64,000 nucleotides of DNA from an uncultured Candidatus Saccharibacteria bacterium (GTDB lineage: Bacteria; Patescibacteriota; Minisyncoccia; Phycocordibacterales; CAIRYW01), in the NCBI GenBank assembly GCA_964446625.1, contig CAYUPH010000002.1, forward strand, positions 5,743-69,742. Direction: 5' to 3'. This document shows, piece after piece, positions 25,951 through 37,100 of the stretch (positions within the stretch are counted from its first letter, which is position 1; each line of letters begins with the position of its first letter). Both the position numbers and the translations under genes were made by a program. The notes below the pieces were generated by a model. It saw nothing but the letters and a program-made list of their open reading frames with translations. It searched no databases and was not told where the DNA came from.

Positions 25951-26883
25951 ATGACAGAAAAGCAAAAAAACCTAAGCACAGAGCCTTATAAAGGAGTTCG
26001 AGACTTCTATCCTGAAGACATGGCGGTTCTTAACTATATTTTTGATACTTGGAGAAAAGTCTCAAAAGAGGCAGGATTTGTTGAGTACAGCGCTTCTATC
26101 CTTGAACCAGCAGAGCTTTACAAAGCCAAAGGTGAGAGAAACGAGGAAATTGTGAACGAACAGATGTACACTTTTATCGACAAAGGTGAACGCGAAGTGG
26201 CTCTCCGTCCTGAAATGACACCGACTCTTGCACGAATGGTTGCAGCGAGGAGAAAAGGACTAAAGCTCCCCCTTCGGTGGTTTTCAATTCCAAATTGTTT
26301 TAGATATGAAAGACCTCAAAGAGGAAGAAAACGCGAACACTGGCAACTTAACTGCGACATTGTTGGAGGAGCTGGAATAGAAGCAGAAGTGGAGATTATT
26401 TCTGTTGCATACAAAATAATGAAAGAGTTCGGAGCAAAGGATGAGGATTTTGAAATCAGAATCAATTCAAGAAAAATCATAGAAAATGCATACGGAAAAG
26501 AAATGATTGGTCTTCTTGATAAAAAAGAGAAAATGGAAAAAGAAGAATTCGAGTCAGAGTGGCTAAAGGTAAGCGGAAAACCTTTTTCTCTTCCAAGTCC
26601 AGACGAAGATGTTAAAACTCTTTTATCTAAACTTGAAGAGAAAGGTATAAAGGGAGTATTTTCTCCTACTACAGCTCGTGGCTTTGATTACTACACCGGA
26701 ATGGTTTTTGAAGTCTTTGATACCAACCCAGAGAACAAACGCTCGATTTTTGGAGGAGGTCGCTATGACAACTTACTTGAAATGTTTGGTGTTGAACCAC
26801 TTCCGACTGTTGGCTTTGGTATGGGAGATGTGACAATACGAGACTTTCTTGAAACTCACAAACTGCCACCATTCAATAACTAA
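25951..26883 (+). CDS. Histidyl-tRNA synthetase-like class II catalytic core lacking the anticodon-binding domain (HisRS/HisZ-like)
   Basis: Motif 1/2 region RPEMTPTLARMVA, FRYERPQRGRKREHWQLNCDIVG and motif 3 GGGRYDNL. The protein ends about 30 aa after motif 3. Confidence 0.8.
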   Translation: MTEKQKNLSTEPYKGVRDFYPEDMAVLNYIFDTWRKVSKEAGFVEYSASILEPAELYKAKGERNEEIVNEQMYTFIDKGEREVALRPEMTPTLARMVAARRKGLKLPLRWFSIPNCFRYERPQRGRKREHWQLNCDIVGGAGIEAEVEIISVAYKIMKEFGAKDEDFEIRINSRKIIENAYGKEMIGLLDKKEKMEKEEFESEWLKVSGKPFSLPSPDEDVKTLLSKLEEKGIKGVFSPTTARGFDYYTGMVFEVFDTNPENKRSIFGGGRYDNLLEMFGVEPLPTVGFGMGDVTIRDFLETHKLPPFNN

Positions 26884-26936
26884 GGTAAGTCTGTTTTATT
26901 TAAAAATCTTAATTCTTAATTCTATAATCTTCCCCT

Positions 26937-27512
26937 ATGCGTAAACTTGTATTCGATATTGAAACCCGAAATATATTTGATGATGTAGGAAAAGCCGACC
27001 CTACTCTACTCGATATTTCTCTTGTTGGTGTATATGACTACGAGACAAACGAATATACAAGTTACCTAGTCGAAGAATTGCCAAAACTTTGGCCAATTAT
27101 CGAGCGAACTGACCTGCTTATTACCTTTAATGGAGATTATTTTGATATTCCTCTTTTAAACAAATACTACGCAGGTGACCTTACAAAAATAAAAAGCCTC
27201 GACCTTCTCGCCGAAGTACGAAAAAGCCTAGGAAGACGAGTGGGGCTCGGAAACATTGCAGAAGCGACGCTTGGCGTTGGAAAAAGTGGAAACGGACTTG
27301 AAGCGGTAGAGTGGTGGAAAAAAGGAGACATTGAAAGCATCCGAAAATACTGTCTTCAAGATGTAAAAGTCACAAAAGATGTGTACGAGTTTGCGCTCAC
27401 AAACGGAAAACTAAAATACAAAGAAGGAGAATCAAAAAAAGAGTTTAAAGTAGACACGGCAAAATGGCACGAAACCGAAGCAGCTCCTCTCACCTTCTCT
27501 CTACCTTTCTAA
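26937..27512 (+). CDS. DEDDy-type 3'-5' exonuclease (RNase H-like; PolB-exo/YprB-like)
   Basis: Exo I LVFDIET, Exo II FNGDYFDIPLL and Exo III YCLQDVKVTKDVY. Confidence 0.7.
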   Translation: MRKLVFDIETRNIFDDVGKADPTLLDISLVGVYDYETNEYTSYLVEELPKLWPIIERTDLLITFNGDYFDIPLLNKYYAGDLTKIKSLDLLAEVRKSLGRRVGLGNIAEATLGVGKSGNGLEAVEWWKKGDIESIRKYCLQDVKVTKDVYEFALTNGKLKYKEGESKKEFKVDTAKWHETEAAPLTFSLPF

Positions 27513-30409
27513 TTAAGGCTTTCCTTAAACACATCTCCAAGAGAACAATACTCACAGTTCTTGTCGTCACATTTTCTATTCCAAAATTCGAGACTCCAGA
27601 TTTCTTTTAAAGTCTGCTCTACCTCTTTTTTTATTTGTTCCTTATCTTCATTACTCAGAGCAAAGACTTCTTTTTGTGTTAGTCCCCTTTCAGGGCTAAG
27701 AAAGTGAAGTGTTGCGGCTCCTACTCTTCCTTCTTTTCCTGATTCTTCCCAAAGGAATTTATAAAATTTTATTTGTCGCCCCAAGTTTCCATCACTCGTC
27801 TTTGTATTTCCTAAAATTTCATTACGGGTTTTACGCTTACTGCTTTTGAAATCTATAACCTCCGCTTCACCGTTTCTCTCTGTCGACAAATCGAGCTTAC
27901 CTGTGACCGGCACTTCTAATTTAGTTTCTTCTGCTACAAAAGGAAACATGAACGAAAGACTCTCTTCGACAAACACTTTGGTTCCCGTTTCCCAAGGTAC
28001 AAAAGTTTTTAAATATGCAAAAATGCTTTCCTCGCATTTCTCTTTTGCAAGAGGAAGTTCAGCTTCGGAAAAGGCTTCTTTTTCTGCTGACTCATTTATA
28101 ATCTTTCGAATCTCTTCTTCTCCTAGGAGCACCCCTTTCTTTGCTTCAATATGCAGGCGTCTTAACACTTCGTGATTTGTGTTTCCAAGCATACTACTAA
28201 AGTCTCCTGTATCTGGAATAAGAAGAAGATTTCTCCAAAAATATTTCCATGGACAATCAAGGTAGTTGTTAAAAGCAGTCACAGAAAAGTTTCGAAGGAG
28301 AAAAGCCTTTTTTATACCGCCGAGCACCTCCTCTTTTGTATTTTTTTCTTCAAGGATTTTCTCTGGAACTTTTATATCTTTGATTTGAGTTTTTGAAAGA
28401 AGTGATTCGTCTATCTCAAAAATAAGCGCAGACGGAGCGAGCTCTCCTCCTGTATAATCAGAAAGCGAATACGAAACGGTAACATGTTGCCGTGCTCTTG
28501 TTAGCGCGACATAAAACAACCTTCTTTCTTCCTCAAGATCCGTGTCAATCCCAATTCCAGGAATATGAAGAAGATCTGCTCTCCTTCCACTCTTTTCAAA
28601 CCGTTTATCTACAACATCAATAATATACACACTATCGTACTCTAACCCTTTTGAACGGTGTATTGAAGAAAGCACCACTTCCGCCTCGTGTGTCTCGTTT
28701 GGAACATTGAGCGGGAGTTCGTGACGCTTTAGAAAGTCTAAATGAAAGAGAAGGTCTCGGAGCGAAGCTTTTCTGTTTTCTCGCACCAAATCTTCTGCCT
28801 CAGAATATATGACATTTAAAACAGAAAAATACTCCGGGTTTCCAAAGGGTTTAAGCTCTGACCTAAGTATTCGTAGAAATTCTAGAAGAGGTTTTTCATA
28901 CGCATTTTTCGACAATTTTTTAAAAAGTAAAACAGGCTCTTTTGTACCTGCCCCCATTTGTCCCGACAAAAAACCTTCCGCAAAAGACTCCCTCCTCTTC
29001 TGACACTCGGCCGAAAATTGTAAAACATCTAAAAGTGGAACATCAAAAAAACCAAAATAAAGCGCCTCCAAAAGAGCACTTTTTTCGTATGGACTTGAAA
29101 GCGCTCTAAACAAACTTTCAATCCTAAGGTATTCATGGTTATCAAAAAGTGACTTTTCGCCCTTTAGAGAAAAAGGAATCTTGTGTAATTTTAAATACGA
29201 AGCAAATTCAAAAAGCGCACTATTGTACCGACTAAGAACTGCAATATTTTTGTTTCCTTTTTTGAGTTCATCTTTAATCTCTTCTGCAATATACGAAAAC
29301 TCCTCGTCCATCTTTGAAAATTCGTATATTTGGAGTGGCTTTGGCACAAAACTCGCATTGGCAGATAACTCTTCATGGTGGCGTCCATCCTTTGAAATAA
29401 GACTGTGCGCTGCACTAAGTACAATCGAGTGAGACCGATAGTTTTGATTGAGCTCAATCTTTTTTGCTTTTGGAAACTCATCTCCAAAATTATAAAAGTG
29501 AGCAAGGGAGGCACCTTGAAAACGAAAGATTGACTGCTTATCATCTCCTACCACAAAAATGTTCGCTTCTTCGTCTCCTTTGAAAAACTTTATGACTTCG
29601 TTCTGAGCGCCGTTTGCGTCCTGGTGCTCATCTGCAAGAATAAACTGAAAATTTTCTCGCATCTCAAAGAGCATTTCTTTGTCTTTCTTTAGCGCGTCTA
29701 TAAGACCCAAAATTGTATCATCAAAATCATAAAACTTTTGTTCCTCCATTTTCTTTTCGTAAAGACTGTATACTTTTTGAAATTCACGAAGCCTCTGAAT
29801 ATGTTTTCTTTTTCGAGAAAATTCGTCCTCTTTTGTTTTTGTCTTTTTCTCTTCTCCTGCTTCTTCTGCATTTATTTTCTCCTCTTCTTTATCTATAAGA
29901 CCCGTTAAATCATCTGGGGAAACCAATTCACGTTTTAGATCAGAAATCCGTCCTTTGATTTTTCCTATTGTTAGCCCAAACTGAGAACCTGTCCTTACTT
30001 CTTTAAATGTATTTTCTGCAAGGATTTCCTCGATGATTTTCAAAGTTTTTGTCTCACTCGCGGGAAGCCGCGCACCGATTTTGGCAAAACTTTCTGGATA
30101 CTCCGCTCGCATATAGTTTCCAAACCCATGGAAGGTAAAAATGTTTACTCTAAAAGCAGCTTCCCTAATCACCTCTCTAAGTTTTTCGCGCATCGCTTTG
30201 ACTCCTGACTCGGTAAATGTGACAGCCAAAATCTCTTCGGGCTTTGCCCCTGCTTTTAAAATAATGTTTGCAATTCGTAGCGTAAGAAGAGTCGTCTTCC
30301 CTGTCCCAGGGCCAGCCACGACCATTACAGGGCCGTAAACAGTATCTACCGCCTCCTTTTGCCGGGGGTTTAGTTTACTGTACTTCTCCTCAAAAAGCTT
30401 AGTATTCAT
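27509..30409 (-). CDS. UvrD/PcrA-family helicase fused to a C-terminal RecB-like PD-(D/E)XK nuclease with a 4-Cys Fe-S motif (AddAB/Cas4-like)
   Basis: Walker A GPGTGKTT and helicase motifs. C-terminal CPWKYF...EVIDFKS...QIKFYKF...CDDKNCEYC. Confidence 0.85.
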   Translation of the reverse strand: MNTKLFEEKYSKLNPRQKEAVDTVYGPVMVVAGPGTGKTTLLTLRIANIILKAGAKPEEILAVTFTESGVKAMREKLREVIREAAFRVNIFTFHGFGNYMRAEYPESFAKIGARLPASETKTLKIIEEILAENTFKEVRTGSQFGLTIGKIKGRISDLKRELVSPDDLTGLIDKEEEKINAEEAGEEKKTKTKEDEFSRKRKHIQRLREFQKVYSLYEKKMEEQKFYDFDDTILGLIDALKKDKEMLFEMRENFQFILADEHQDANGAQNEVIKFFKGDEEANIFVVGDDKQSIFRFQGASLAHFYNFGDEFPKAKKIELNQNYRSHSIVLSAAHSLISKDGRHHEELSANASFVPKPLQIYEFSKMDEEFSYIAEEIKDELKKGNKNIAVLSRYNSALFEFASYLKLHKIPFSLKGEKSLFDNHEYLRIESLFRALSSPYEKSALLEALYFGFFDVPLLDVLQFSAECQKRRESFAEGFLSGQMGAGTKEPVLLFKKLSKNAYEKPLLEFLRILRSELKPFGNPEYFSVLNVIYSEAEDLVRENRKASLRDLLFHLDFLKRHELPLNVPNETHEAEVVLSSIHRSKGLEYDSVYIIDVVDKRFEKSGRRADLLHIPGIGIDTDLEEERRLFYVALTRARQHVTVSYSLSDYTGGELAPSALIFEIDESLLSKTQIKDIKVPEKILEEKNTKEEVLGGIKKAFLLRNFSVTAFNNYLDCPWKYFWRNLLLIPDTGDFSSMLGNTNHEVLRRLHIEAKKGVLLGEEEIRKIINESAEKEAFSEAELPLAKEKCEESIFAYLKTFVPWETGTKVFVEESLSFMFPFVAEETKLEVPVTGKLDLSTERNGEAEVIDFKSSKRKTRNEILGNTKTSDGNLGRQIKFYKFLWEESGKEGRVGAATLHFLSPERGLTQKEVFALSNEDKEQIKKEVEQTLKEIWSLEFWNRKCDDKNCEYCSLGDVFKESLN

Positions 30410-30453
30410 GTGGTTGATTATAGCATCTCAAAAATGTATATTTAAATAAGAAA

Positions 30454-30744
30454 ATGAACTACCAAATAAAAACCGCCGAAATGCTAGCGGAAGAAATTGC
30501 AGGACCATTTCTGAAACCAAACATTTCAAACGCAGAAGCTGTGCTTCGCGATTGTTGCCAAACTTGTGGCTATCCAACAGCCAATCTTGGCGATCTTTGT
30601 CCAGGCTGCAAAGCGGAATCAAAAGCAGCCAAGAAAAAACGCCGATTTGTTTTTGGGACAGGCTGGTTCAACGCCCGGCACAAGTTTGGAGTAGGTAGAG
30701 TCAAGAAAAATGGTCGTCCTTGGGGGCCAAATGACTTTTTTTAG
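30454..30744 (+). CDS. Small zinc-ribbon protein with a basic tail
   Basis: CC...C...C..C cluster. Own terminator immediately downstream. Confidence 0.5.
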   Translation: MNYQIKTAEMLAEEIAGPFLKPNISNAEAVLRDCCQTCGYPTANLGDLCPGCKAESKAAKKKRRFVFGTGWFNARHKFGVGRVKKNGRPWGPNDFF

Positions 30745-30745
30745 T

Positions 30746-30772
30746 AAGCAGTCGAAAACTGCTTTTTTTATT
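30746..30772. terminator. Terminator aagcagt cgaaa actgctt plus T7
   Basis: Read from the sequence; lies between convergent genes. Confidence 0.6.
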
Positions 30773-30782
30773 TTCCTTCTAA

Positions 30783-31151
30783 CTAGAGAGACTTCCTTTT
30801 GTGAATCGTAAGTGCGTTTCCTTCGGTGTCGTAAACTACAGCCATAAAACATCCAGGAAACTCTTGTTTTTCTACTTTAAACTCAGCTCCTTTTTCTTTT
30901 AGTTTTGAAAGCACCCCGTCAAAGTCTTCTACTTCAAGCGCAGCGCACACACCTTCTCTAGAAGGCTTCCAGTCCTTGTGTCTTCCAAGTGCAAACGCGC
31001 TCTCTCCTACTTCGTACTCAACCCATTGTCCTTCGTCAGATTCTCCACCAAACTCAGTAAGTACTTTGAACCCGAAAACTTCTTCATAAAATTTTCGTGC
31101 TCGCGCCATGTCGTTTACTGGGTGACATACAAATGCAAATTCTTTTACCAT
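30783..31151 (-). CDS. Glyoxalase/bleomycin-resistance/VOC-family protein
   Basis: VOC fold pattern (FAFVCHPVND...FYEEVFGF...). Confidence 0.75.
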   Translation of the reverse strand: MVKEFAFVCHPVNDMARARKFYEEVFGFKVLTEFGGESDEGQWVEYEVGESAFALGRHKDWKPSREGVCAALEVEDFDGVLSKLKEKGAEFKVEKQEFPGCFMAVVYDTEGNALTIHKRKSL

Positions 31152-31165
31152 GTGTTTTATTTATT

Positions 31166-32419
31166 TTAATAATTTTTTAGTCGATTCGCTTTTTCGTGAG
31201 TTCGAATCTTTTCTAGTGCCTTTGCTTCAATCTGCCTAATTCGCTCTCTTGTTACACCGAACATTTTTCCTACTTCTTCAAGTGTGTGCTGAATTCCGTC
31301 TGCAAGACCATGTCGCATTTCAAGAATTCGTCTTTCCTTTTCTGAAAGGTCAGCAAGGATTTCTCGCACCTGGTCTGAGAGAATTCTGTGAGATGAATCC
31401 TGATCAGGAGAAGGAATCTTGTCGTCCGCAATAAAGTCTCCGTATGTTGTTTTTTCGTCCCCATCATCTCCTACCGGCGTGTCGAGTGACACTGTTGCTT
31501 GGTCTATCTTTTCGATTTGGTACACCTTGTCTACATCAAGCCCCATCTCTACCGCAATCTCGTCTGGCATAGGGTCTCGTCCAAGGTCTTGTGAAAGTCG
31601 ACGAACAACTTGCTTGTACTTCGCAATTGTCTCTACCATGTGTACAGGGACACGGATTGTTCGCGACTGGTCTGCAAGCGCACGAGTAATCGACTGCCTA
31701 ATCCACCATGTTGCGTAGGTAGAAAACTTGTATCCTTTTGTCCAATCAAACTTGTCTACTGCTTTAAAGAGACCAAGGTTTCCTTCTTGAATAAGGTCAA
31801 GAAGAGTAAGGTCTGGACTTCGTCCGACATACTTTTTAGCAATAGAAACCACGAGACGGAGGTTCGCTTTTGCAAGAAGACTTTTTGCATCTTCATCTCC
31901 GTTTTGAATTCGCTTTGCGAGATCTTTTTCTTCTCCTGCGTGAATAAGTGAGTACTGACCGATTTCTTTGAGGTACATTTGAATCGAGTCGTAGTTCTCG
32001 CTCTTGCCCGCATACTTCTTTAGAAAATCATCGTCATCTGTATGAACCTCAAGAAGTCCTCCTCCTTCAAGAATATCAACGCCTGCACCCTGGAGTCTTT
32101 CATAGAGTTCTTCCAAAAACACAACATCATCTTCAATTGTTGGAAAATCTTTTAGAATCTCGTCATATGTTACAAACCCTCTTCCTCTTCCTTTTGCAAT
32201 TAGAGCAACCGCCTTTGCCTCATAATCGTTTTTCTTTGGAGAACCTTTTTTTAGAGGAGCCTTCTCTGCTTTTTTAACTGGCTTAGAAACAGCTTTCTTT
32301 TTGAGAGGAGCTTTCTTTGAAACTTTTTTGAGAGGAGCCTTTTTGACAGGTTTTACCTTCGCCTTTGTCGCTTTCTTTTTTGGCGCTACTTTTTTTACTG
32401 TCTTTTTTTTCTTATTCAT
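31166..32419 (-). CDS. rpoD: RNA polymerase sigma-70 factor with a Lys/Ala/Pro-rich N-terminal extension
   Basis: Region 2 ([18 protein letters not shown]...YATWWIRQ), region 3 and region 4 ([19 protein letters not shown]). Confidence 0.9.
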   Translation of the reverse strand: MNKKKKTVKKVAPKKKATKAKVKPVKKAPLKKVSKKAPLKKKAVSKPVKKAEKAPLKKGSPKKNDYEAKAVALIAKGRGRGFVTYDEILKDFPTIEDDVVFLEELYERLQGAGVDILEGGGLLEVHTDDDDFLKKYAGKSENYDSIQMYLKEIGQYSLIHAGEEKDLAKRIQNGDEDAKSLLAKANLRLVVSIAKKYVGRSPDLTLLDLIQEGNLGLFKAVDKFDWTKGYKFSTYATWWIRQSITRALADQSRTIRVPVHMVETIAKYKQVVRRLSQDLGRDPMPDEIAVEMGLDVDKVYQIEKIDQATVSLDTPVGDDGDEKTTYGDFIADDKIPSPDQDSSHRILSDQVREILADLSEKERRILEMRHGLADGIQHTLEEVGKMFGVTRERIRQIEAKALEKIRTHEKANRLKNY

Positions 32420-32423
32420 ATTG

Positions 32424-34100
32424 TTATTTATTAAAATATTTATTTTTTAGCTCTCGCATTGACTTCGACAAGTCGCTGCATTCCTTTAAAATTGAATTGA
32501 TAAGTGGTCCATCTCTCGAACTCTCGGCTTTTTTGAGGCGGCTCATTGTCTCCACAAACTTCTCTTTTAGCGTTTCATCTTCGAGAATGTAGAGCGCTTC
32601 TTCTATAACTGACTCTATGTTTGGTGCTGCGCTGTAGTATGCTTCTGCTTCATAAATTATTTCATCACTTTCTTCTTCTGCAAAACTTTTTTCAGTAATT
32701 CTTTCTACCTCCTTCAAAACTTTTTCTAAATGCGGACTCTTCCCTGACCTAAGAAAAGCAAGGAGGAGTTTCATACTTCTCTCCGCACCACTTTCTTTTT
32801 TTGCTGGAGAGACATACTGTTTTATTTCCTCTTTTGACCCTACTTCTTCAAGCAAAACTTTCGAAACTTCTTCGCTAACAGAGCTTTCTGGAACACCGAG
32901 CGCGAAAGCTACCTTTGAAATATATTTAGCTTTTTGAATTGAACTTTCTACCGAAGCAATAAGAGGAAGAATTTTCTCTTTCAAAATCTTCTCTCGATTT
33001 TCTTCGCCTGCTTCTCCAAGAATTTGGAGGTAGTAGAGAATTATATTTTGTGCTTTTTGGAGAGCATCCTCCCAAATCTTTATATCTTTTTGAATTGCAT
33101 CTGCTGGGTCGAGACCTGCAGGCAAAAGAACAAGTTCTACCTCAAATCCAGATGCAAGAGCGTGTTGCCACGCTCGCATTGAAGCATTTTGTCCCGCTTT
33201 ATCACTGTCGTATGCTATAAGCAGTTTATCAGTGTGTCGCTTTAGGAGTTCTGCATGACCTGCTGTAAAAGCGGTTCCCGAAGATGCGACCGCTTCTGTA
33301 TATCCTGCTTGGTGACAGAGAAGCAGATCCATTTGACCTTCAACCAAAATCACCCTTCCCTTTTCTCTGAAACTTTTCTTTGCCACATGATAACCAAAAA
33401 GTACCTTTGATTTATCGAAAAGGGGTGTATCTGGACTGTTCAAATACTTTGCTTCTTCTGTATCTTTTTTTAAGGTTCTTCCTGAAAAAGCAATCACTCT
33501 TCCCGTTGTGTCGAAAATAGGAAACATAACTCGTGCACGAAACCTATCATAACTTCCCTTCTCTCCTTGTTTAATAAGTCCTGCATCAAGAAGAATCTTT
33601 TCTGACACTCTTTTTTGAAGCGCGTCCTTGAGGCTCCGCCACTCATCTTTTGCAAAACCGATTCTGTAATTTTTAACTGTCTCAATCGTAAGACCTCTGC
33701 CTTTAAGATAAAGCAAAGCATCTTTTTCATCTTTGAGATTATTTTGAAAGAAAATCGTCGCCTCTTCCATAACAGAAAAGAGTTCTTTTTTAGGATCCTC
33801 TTTCTGACCATTTTCAAAATCAGAAATATTTACCCCTGCCCTATCAGCAAGCATGTGAAGTGACGTTCTAAAATCCACTCCTTCAAATTCCTCTACAAAA
33901 GAAAAGATGTCGCCTTTAGCTCCACACCCAAAACAGTAGTAGGTTCCCCGCTCTGGAGACACGAAAAAAGAAGGCGTCTTTTCGCCGTGGAAGGGGCACC
34001 TCGCTTTGAGGTTGCCCCCCGCTTTCTCCAGAGTTATATAAGAACCAATCACCTCCGCAATCGAAAGCCTCTGCTTGATTTGCTCGGTCGCTCCACTCAT
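32424..34100 (-). CDS. dnaG: DNA primase
   Basis: Zinc-binding [11 protein letters not shown]...CFGCG, and a TOPRIM EGQMD motif. Confidence 0.9.
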   Translation of the reverse strand: MSGATEQIKQRLSIAEVIGSYITLEKAGGNLKARCPFHGEKTPSFFVSPERGTYYCFGCGAKGDIFSFVEEFEGVDFRTSLHMLADRAGVNISDFENGQKEDPKKELFSVMEEATIFFQNNLKDEKDALLYLKGRGLTIETVKNYRIGFAKDEWRSLKDALQKRVSEKILLDAGLIKQGEKGSYDRFRARVMFPIFDTTGRVIAFSGRTLKKDTEEAKYLNSPDTPLFDKSKVLFGYHVAKKSFREKGRVILVEGQMDLLLCHQAGYTEAVASSGTAFTAGHAELLKRHTDKLLIAYDSDKAGQNASMRAWQHALASGFEVELVLLPAGLDPADAIQKDIKIWEDALQKAQNIILYYLQILGEAGEENREKILKEKILPLIASVESSIQKAKYISKVAFALGVPESSVSEEVSKVLLEEVGSKEEIKQYVSPAKKESGAERSMKLLLAFLRSGKSPHLEKVLKEVERITEKSFAEEESDEIIYEAEAYYSAAPNIESVIEEALYILEDETLKEKFVETMSRLKKAESSRDGPLINSILKECSDLSKSMRELKNKYFNK

Positions 34101-34106
34101 GAATTA

Positions 34107-37100
34107 CTATTCGTAACTTTCAGATTGAGTAAATGAGTCTTGTAGTTTTTTAACCATTGCTGATTTCTTGCTTCCTGCAAATCCAGTTCCTGCCGGAATG
34201 AGTCGTCCAAGAATAACGTTTTCCATAAGTCCAGAAAGTTTGTCCTCTGAACCTTCCACTGCTGCTTGAATGAGAACTCTTGTTGTGTGCTGGAATGATG
34301 CTGCTGAAAGGAAACTCTTTCGTGAGAGAGACACTTCTGTGATTCCAAGTACAACTGGCTCACCTTTTGCTTCTGTTTTTCCTTCTTCTCGCATTTTCTG
34401 ATTCTGATCTCTTAGCTCTGCACCCTCTACAATGTCTCCTGCTGCAAACACTGTGTCTCCTGCATTTTTAATCTTCACTCGTGAGAACATTTGTCGCACG
34501 ATTACCTCGATATGCTTTCGAGATACAGGCTCTCCTTGAAGCTCGTACAGCTTCTTGATTTCTGAAATGATGTATTCTTCTGTTTTTTCTCGTCCTGCAT
34601 ACTTGAAGAGCTCATCAATGTCTACTGATCCATCGGTGAGAAGATCTCCTTTTTTGAATGAATCTCCTACTTTGTAGAGAGCCATTCGAAGTCGGTGGCA
34701 ACTGTATTCAACACCTTGTCCTTTCTTTGAAGTTTTTTCTCCGGCTTCTGGAAGAACTGTGATGATTTTTTCCTTTCCTGTATCTTTAATATCTGTAATC
34801 ACACCATCAACTGTTGCAACAACTGCTGGGTTTCGAGGTTTTCGTTTTTCAAACACCTCTTCAACTCGAGGAAGACCTTGTGTAACGTCTCCAGCGATAG
34901 ATGAAGCACCCTGCGCGTGTTTTGTGTTCATCGTTAGCTGAGTTCCTGGCTCTCCAATCGCTTGAGCAGCGACAGTTCCCACAGCTTCACCAATATCAAT
35001 GATTTCATTTTTACCAAGATCAAGTCCGTAACAGTGAGCACACATACCTTGAACTGTTTTACATGTAAGTGGACTTCGAGCTTTAACTGCTTGTACGCCA
35101 GCGTCCTCAATTTTCTTTGCATCCGCATCAGAAATGAGGTGCCCTTTTGTAAAGAGAACATTTCCGTTTGGATCAAGTACATCATCAGATAGAACTCGTC
35201 CTCGAATACTTTTTGCAAGAGCAATTTCGATTCCAGATGCTGTCTCTTTTTTAAGAAGAATTCCTTCTTTAGTTCCACAATCTTCTTCTGTCACTACAAC
35301 GTCTTGCGCAGCAACGAAGAGTCGTCTTGTAAGGTAACCCGCTTTCGCTGTGTTAAGAGCGGTGTCAGTCAAACCTTTTCGAGAACCGTGAGTGTTAATA
35401 AAGTATTCAATAGGGTTGAATCCTTCTTTTGTAGAAGAAAGAATTGGAAGCTCAATTGTTTCTCCGGCAGCGTTTTGAATAAGTCCTTTCATTCCCGCCA
35501 TTTGAGTAATCTGTGATGCAGAACCTCGGGCACCGGACCGCCACATGTAGTACACAGATCCAGTCTTGTCCAAGTTTTCAAGAACAAGTTTTTCGATTTG
35601 TGATTTTACTCCGTGCCAGATCTGAACATTCTTTCTTTCTCGTTCTTCTTCTGAAAGAAGTCCCTCCTCAAACTGAGTAACAACTTCTTCTGACTTTTTC
35701 TTTGCCTCTTCGATAACCTCATTCTTTCCTCCAGGAACTTTAATATCTTCAATACCCCAAGTAACACCTGAGTAAGTTGCATACTTGAATCCAAAGTTTT
35801 TCATCTTATCGAGAATTGGAGCAAGATTATTGATTCCGTAGAGTGCAATAAAGTCTGCCATAAGAGCTGACATTGTTTTCTTGTCTACCTCTTTGTTAAC
35901 AAATGGATAGTTTGCAGGAAGAAGCTCGTTAAAGAGAAGACGTCCAAGAGTTGTATCAAGAAGTTTTCCTCGCGCTTCGCCATATTTTTCTTCATCTGGA
36001 ACAATTACTTTGATTTTTGCTCGAAGTGAAAGATCTCCAAATGAGTGAGCTGCAAGAGCAGCTGCAGTATTTTCAAAATACTTTCCTTCTCCTTTTTCTC
36101 CATCCTTTGTTGAAGTCATCCAGAAACATCCAAGAAGCATGTCTAGTTTATCAACTGATGCAATAAGGTTTCCGCTACCTGGCTTTAGAACGTTTCGGTC
36201 AGACGCCATAACTTCTCTCGCCTCAAGCTGAGCCTCGTCTGAAAGTGGGACGTGTACAGCCATCTGGTCTCCGTCGAAGTCCGCGTTAAAGGCAGAACAT
36301 ACTAGTGGGTGAACTCGAACAGCGTTTCCTTCAATAAGAATTGGTTTGAAAGCTTGAATACCAAGTCGGTGAAGAGTAGGCGCTCGGTTAAGGAGTACAT
36401 ACTTGTTTTTGATGACATCTTCGAGGATAGCCCATACTTCTGGCACGCCTTCGTCAATAAGTCTTGAAGCTCCTCGAATGTTGTACGCAAGTTCTTGTTT
36501 TAGAATTTGAGAAACAACAAACGGTCGGAAAAGCTCGAGTGCCATGTGTTTTGGAAGTCCACATTCTGAAAGATTAAGCTCAGGACCTACCACAATTACA
36601 GATCGTCCAGAATAGTCTACTCGTTTTCCAAGAAGGTTTTGTCTAAAGAGTCCTCGCTTTCCTTTTAGGTTATCTGCAAGAGATTTTAGAGGTCTTCGTT
36701 GTGCTTGATTTACTCCCGCGAAAGCAGCATTTCCGTGTCGAATTGAGTTATCAATAAGCGCGTCAACAGCTTCTTGAAGAATTCGTTTTTCGTTTCGAAG
36801 AATTACATCAGGCGCATGGATTTCCATGAGCTTCTTTAGTCGATTGTTTCGGTTAATTACTCGTCTGTAAAGGTCGTTTACATCGCTTGTTGCATGTCGT
36901 CCTCCATCGAGAGCAACCATTGGCCGAAGTGCTGCTGGAATAACTGGAATCGCAGAAAGGAACATCCACTCTGGTCTAATACCATGCTCACTCATGTGAT
37001 TTATTACTCCCAGTCGCTTGTGGATTTTTTCTTTTTCAGCTGAAGCAGCTTCTTCAAGAGACGCCTCTAGGTCTTTCTTTAGTTTCTCAAGATCGAGATC

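Noticed and set aside
34759-35516. Multiple 60-114 aa ORFs on both strands inside rpoC, and similar ones inside rpoB, pheT, the surface-protein gene and gyrB (e.g. 62507..63205, 38992..39570, 43465..43812)
   Set aside because: All are nested within long, well-supported genes and show low-complexity S/T/P or L/F-rich translations typical of antisense or out-of-frame readings.
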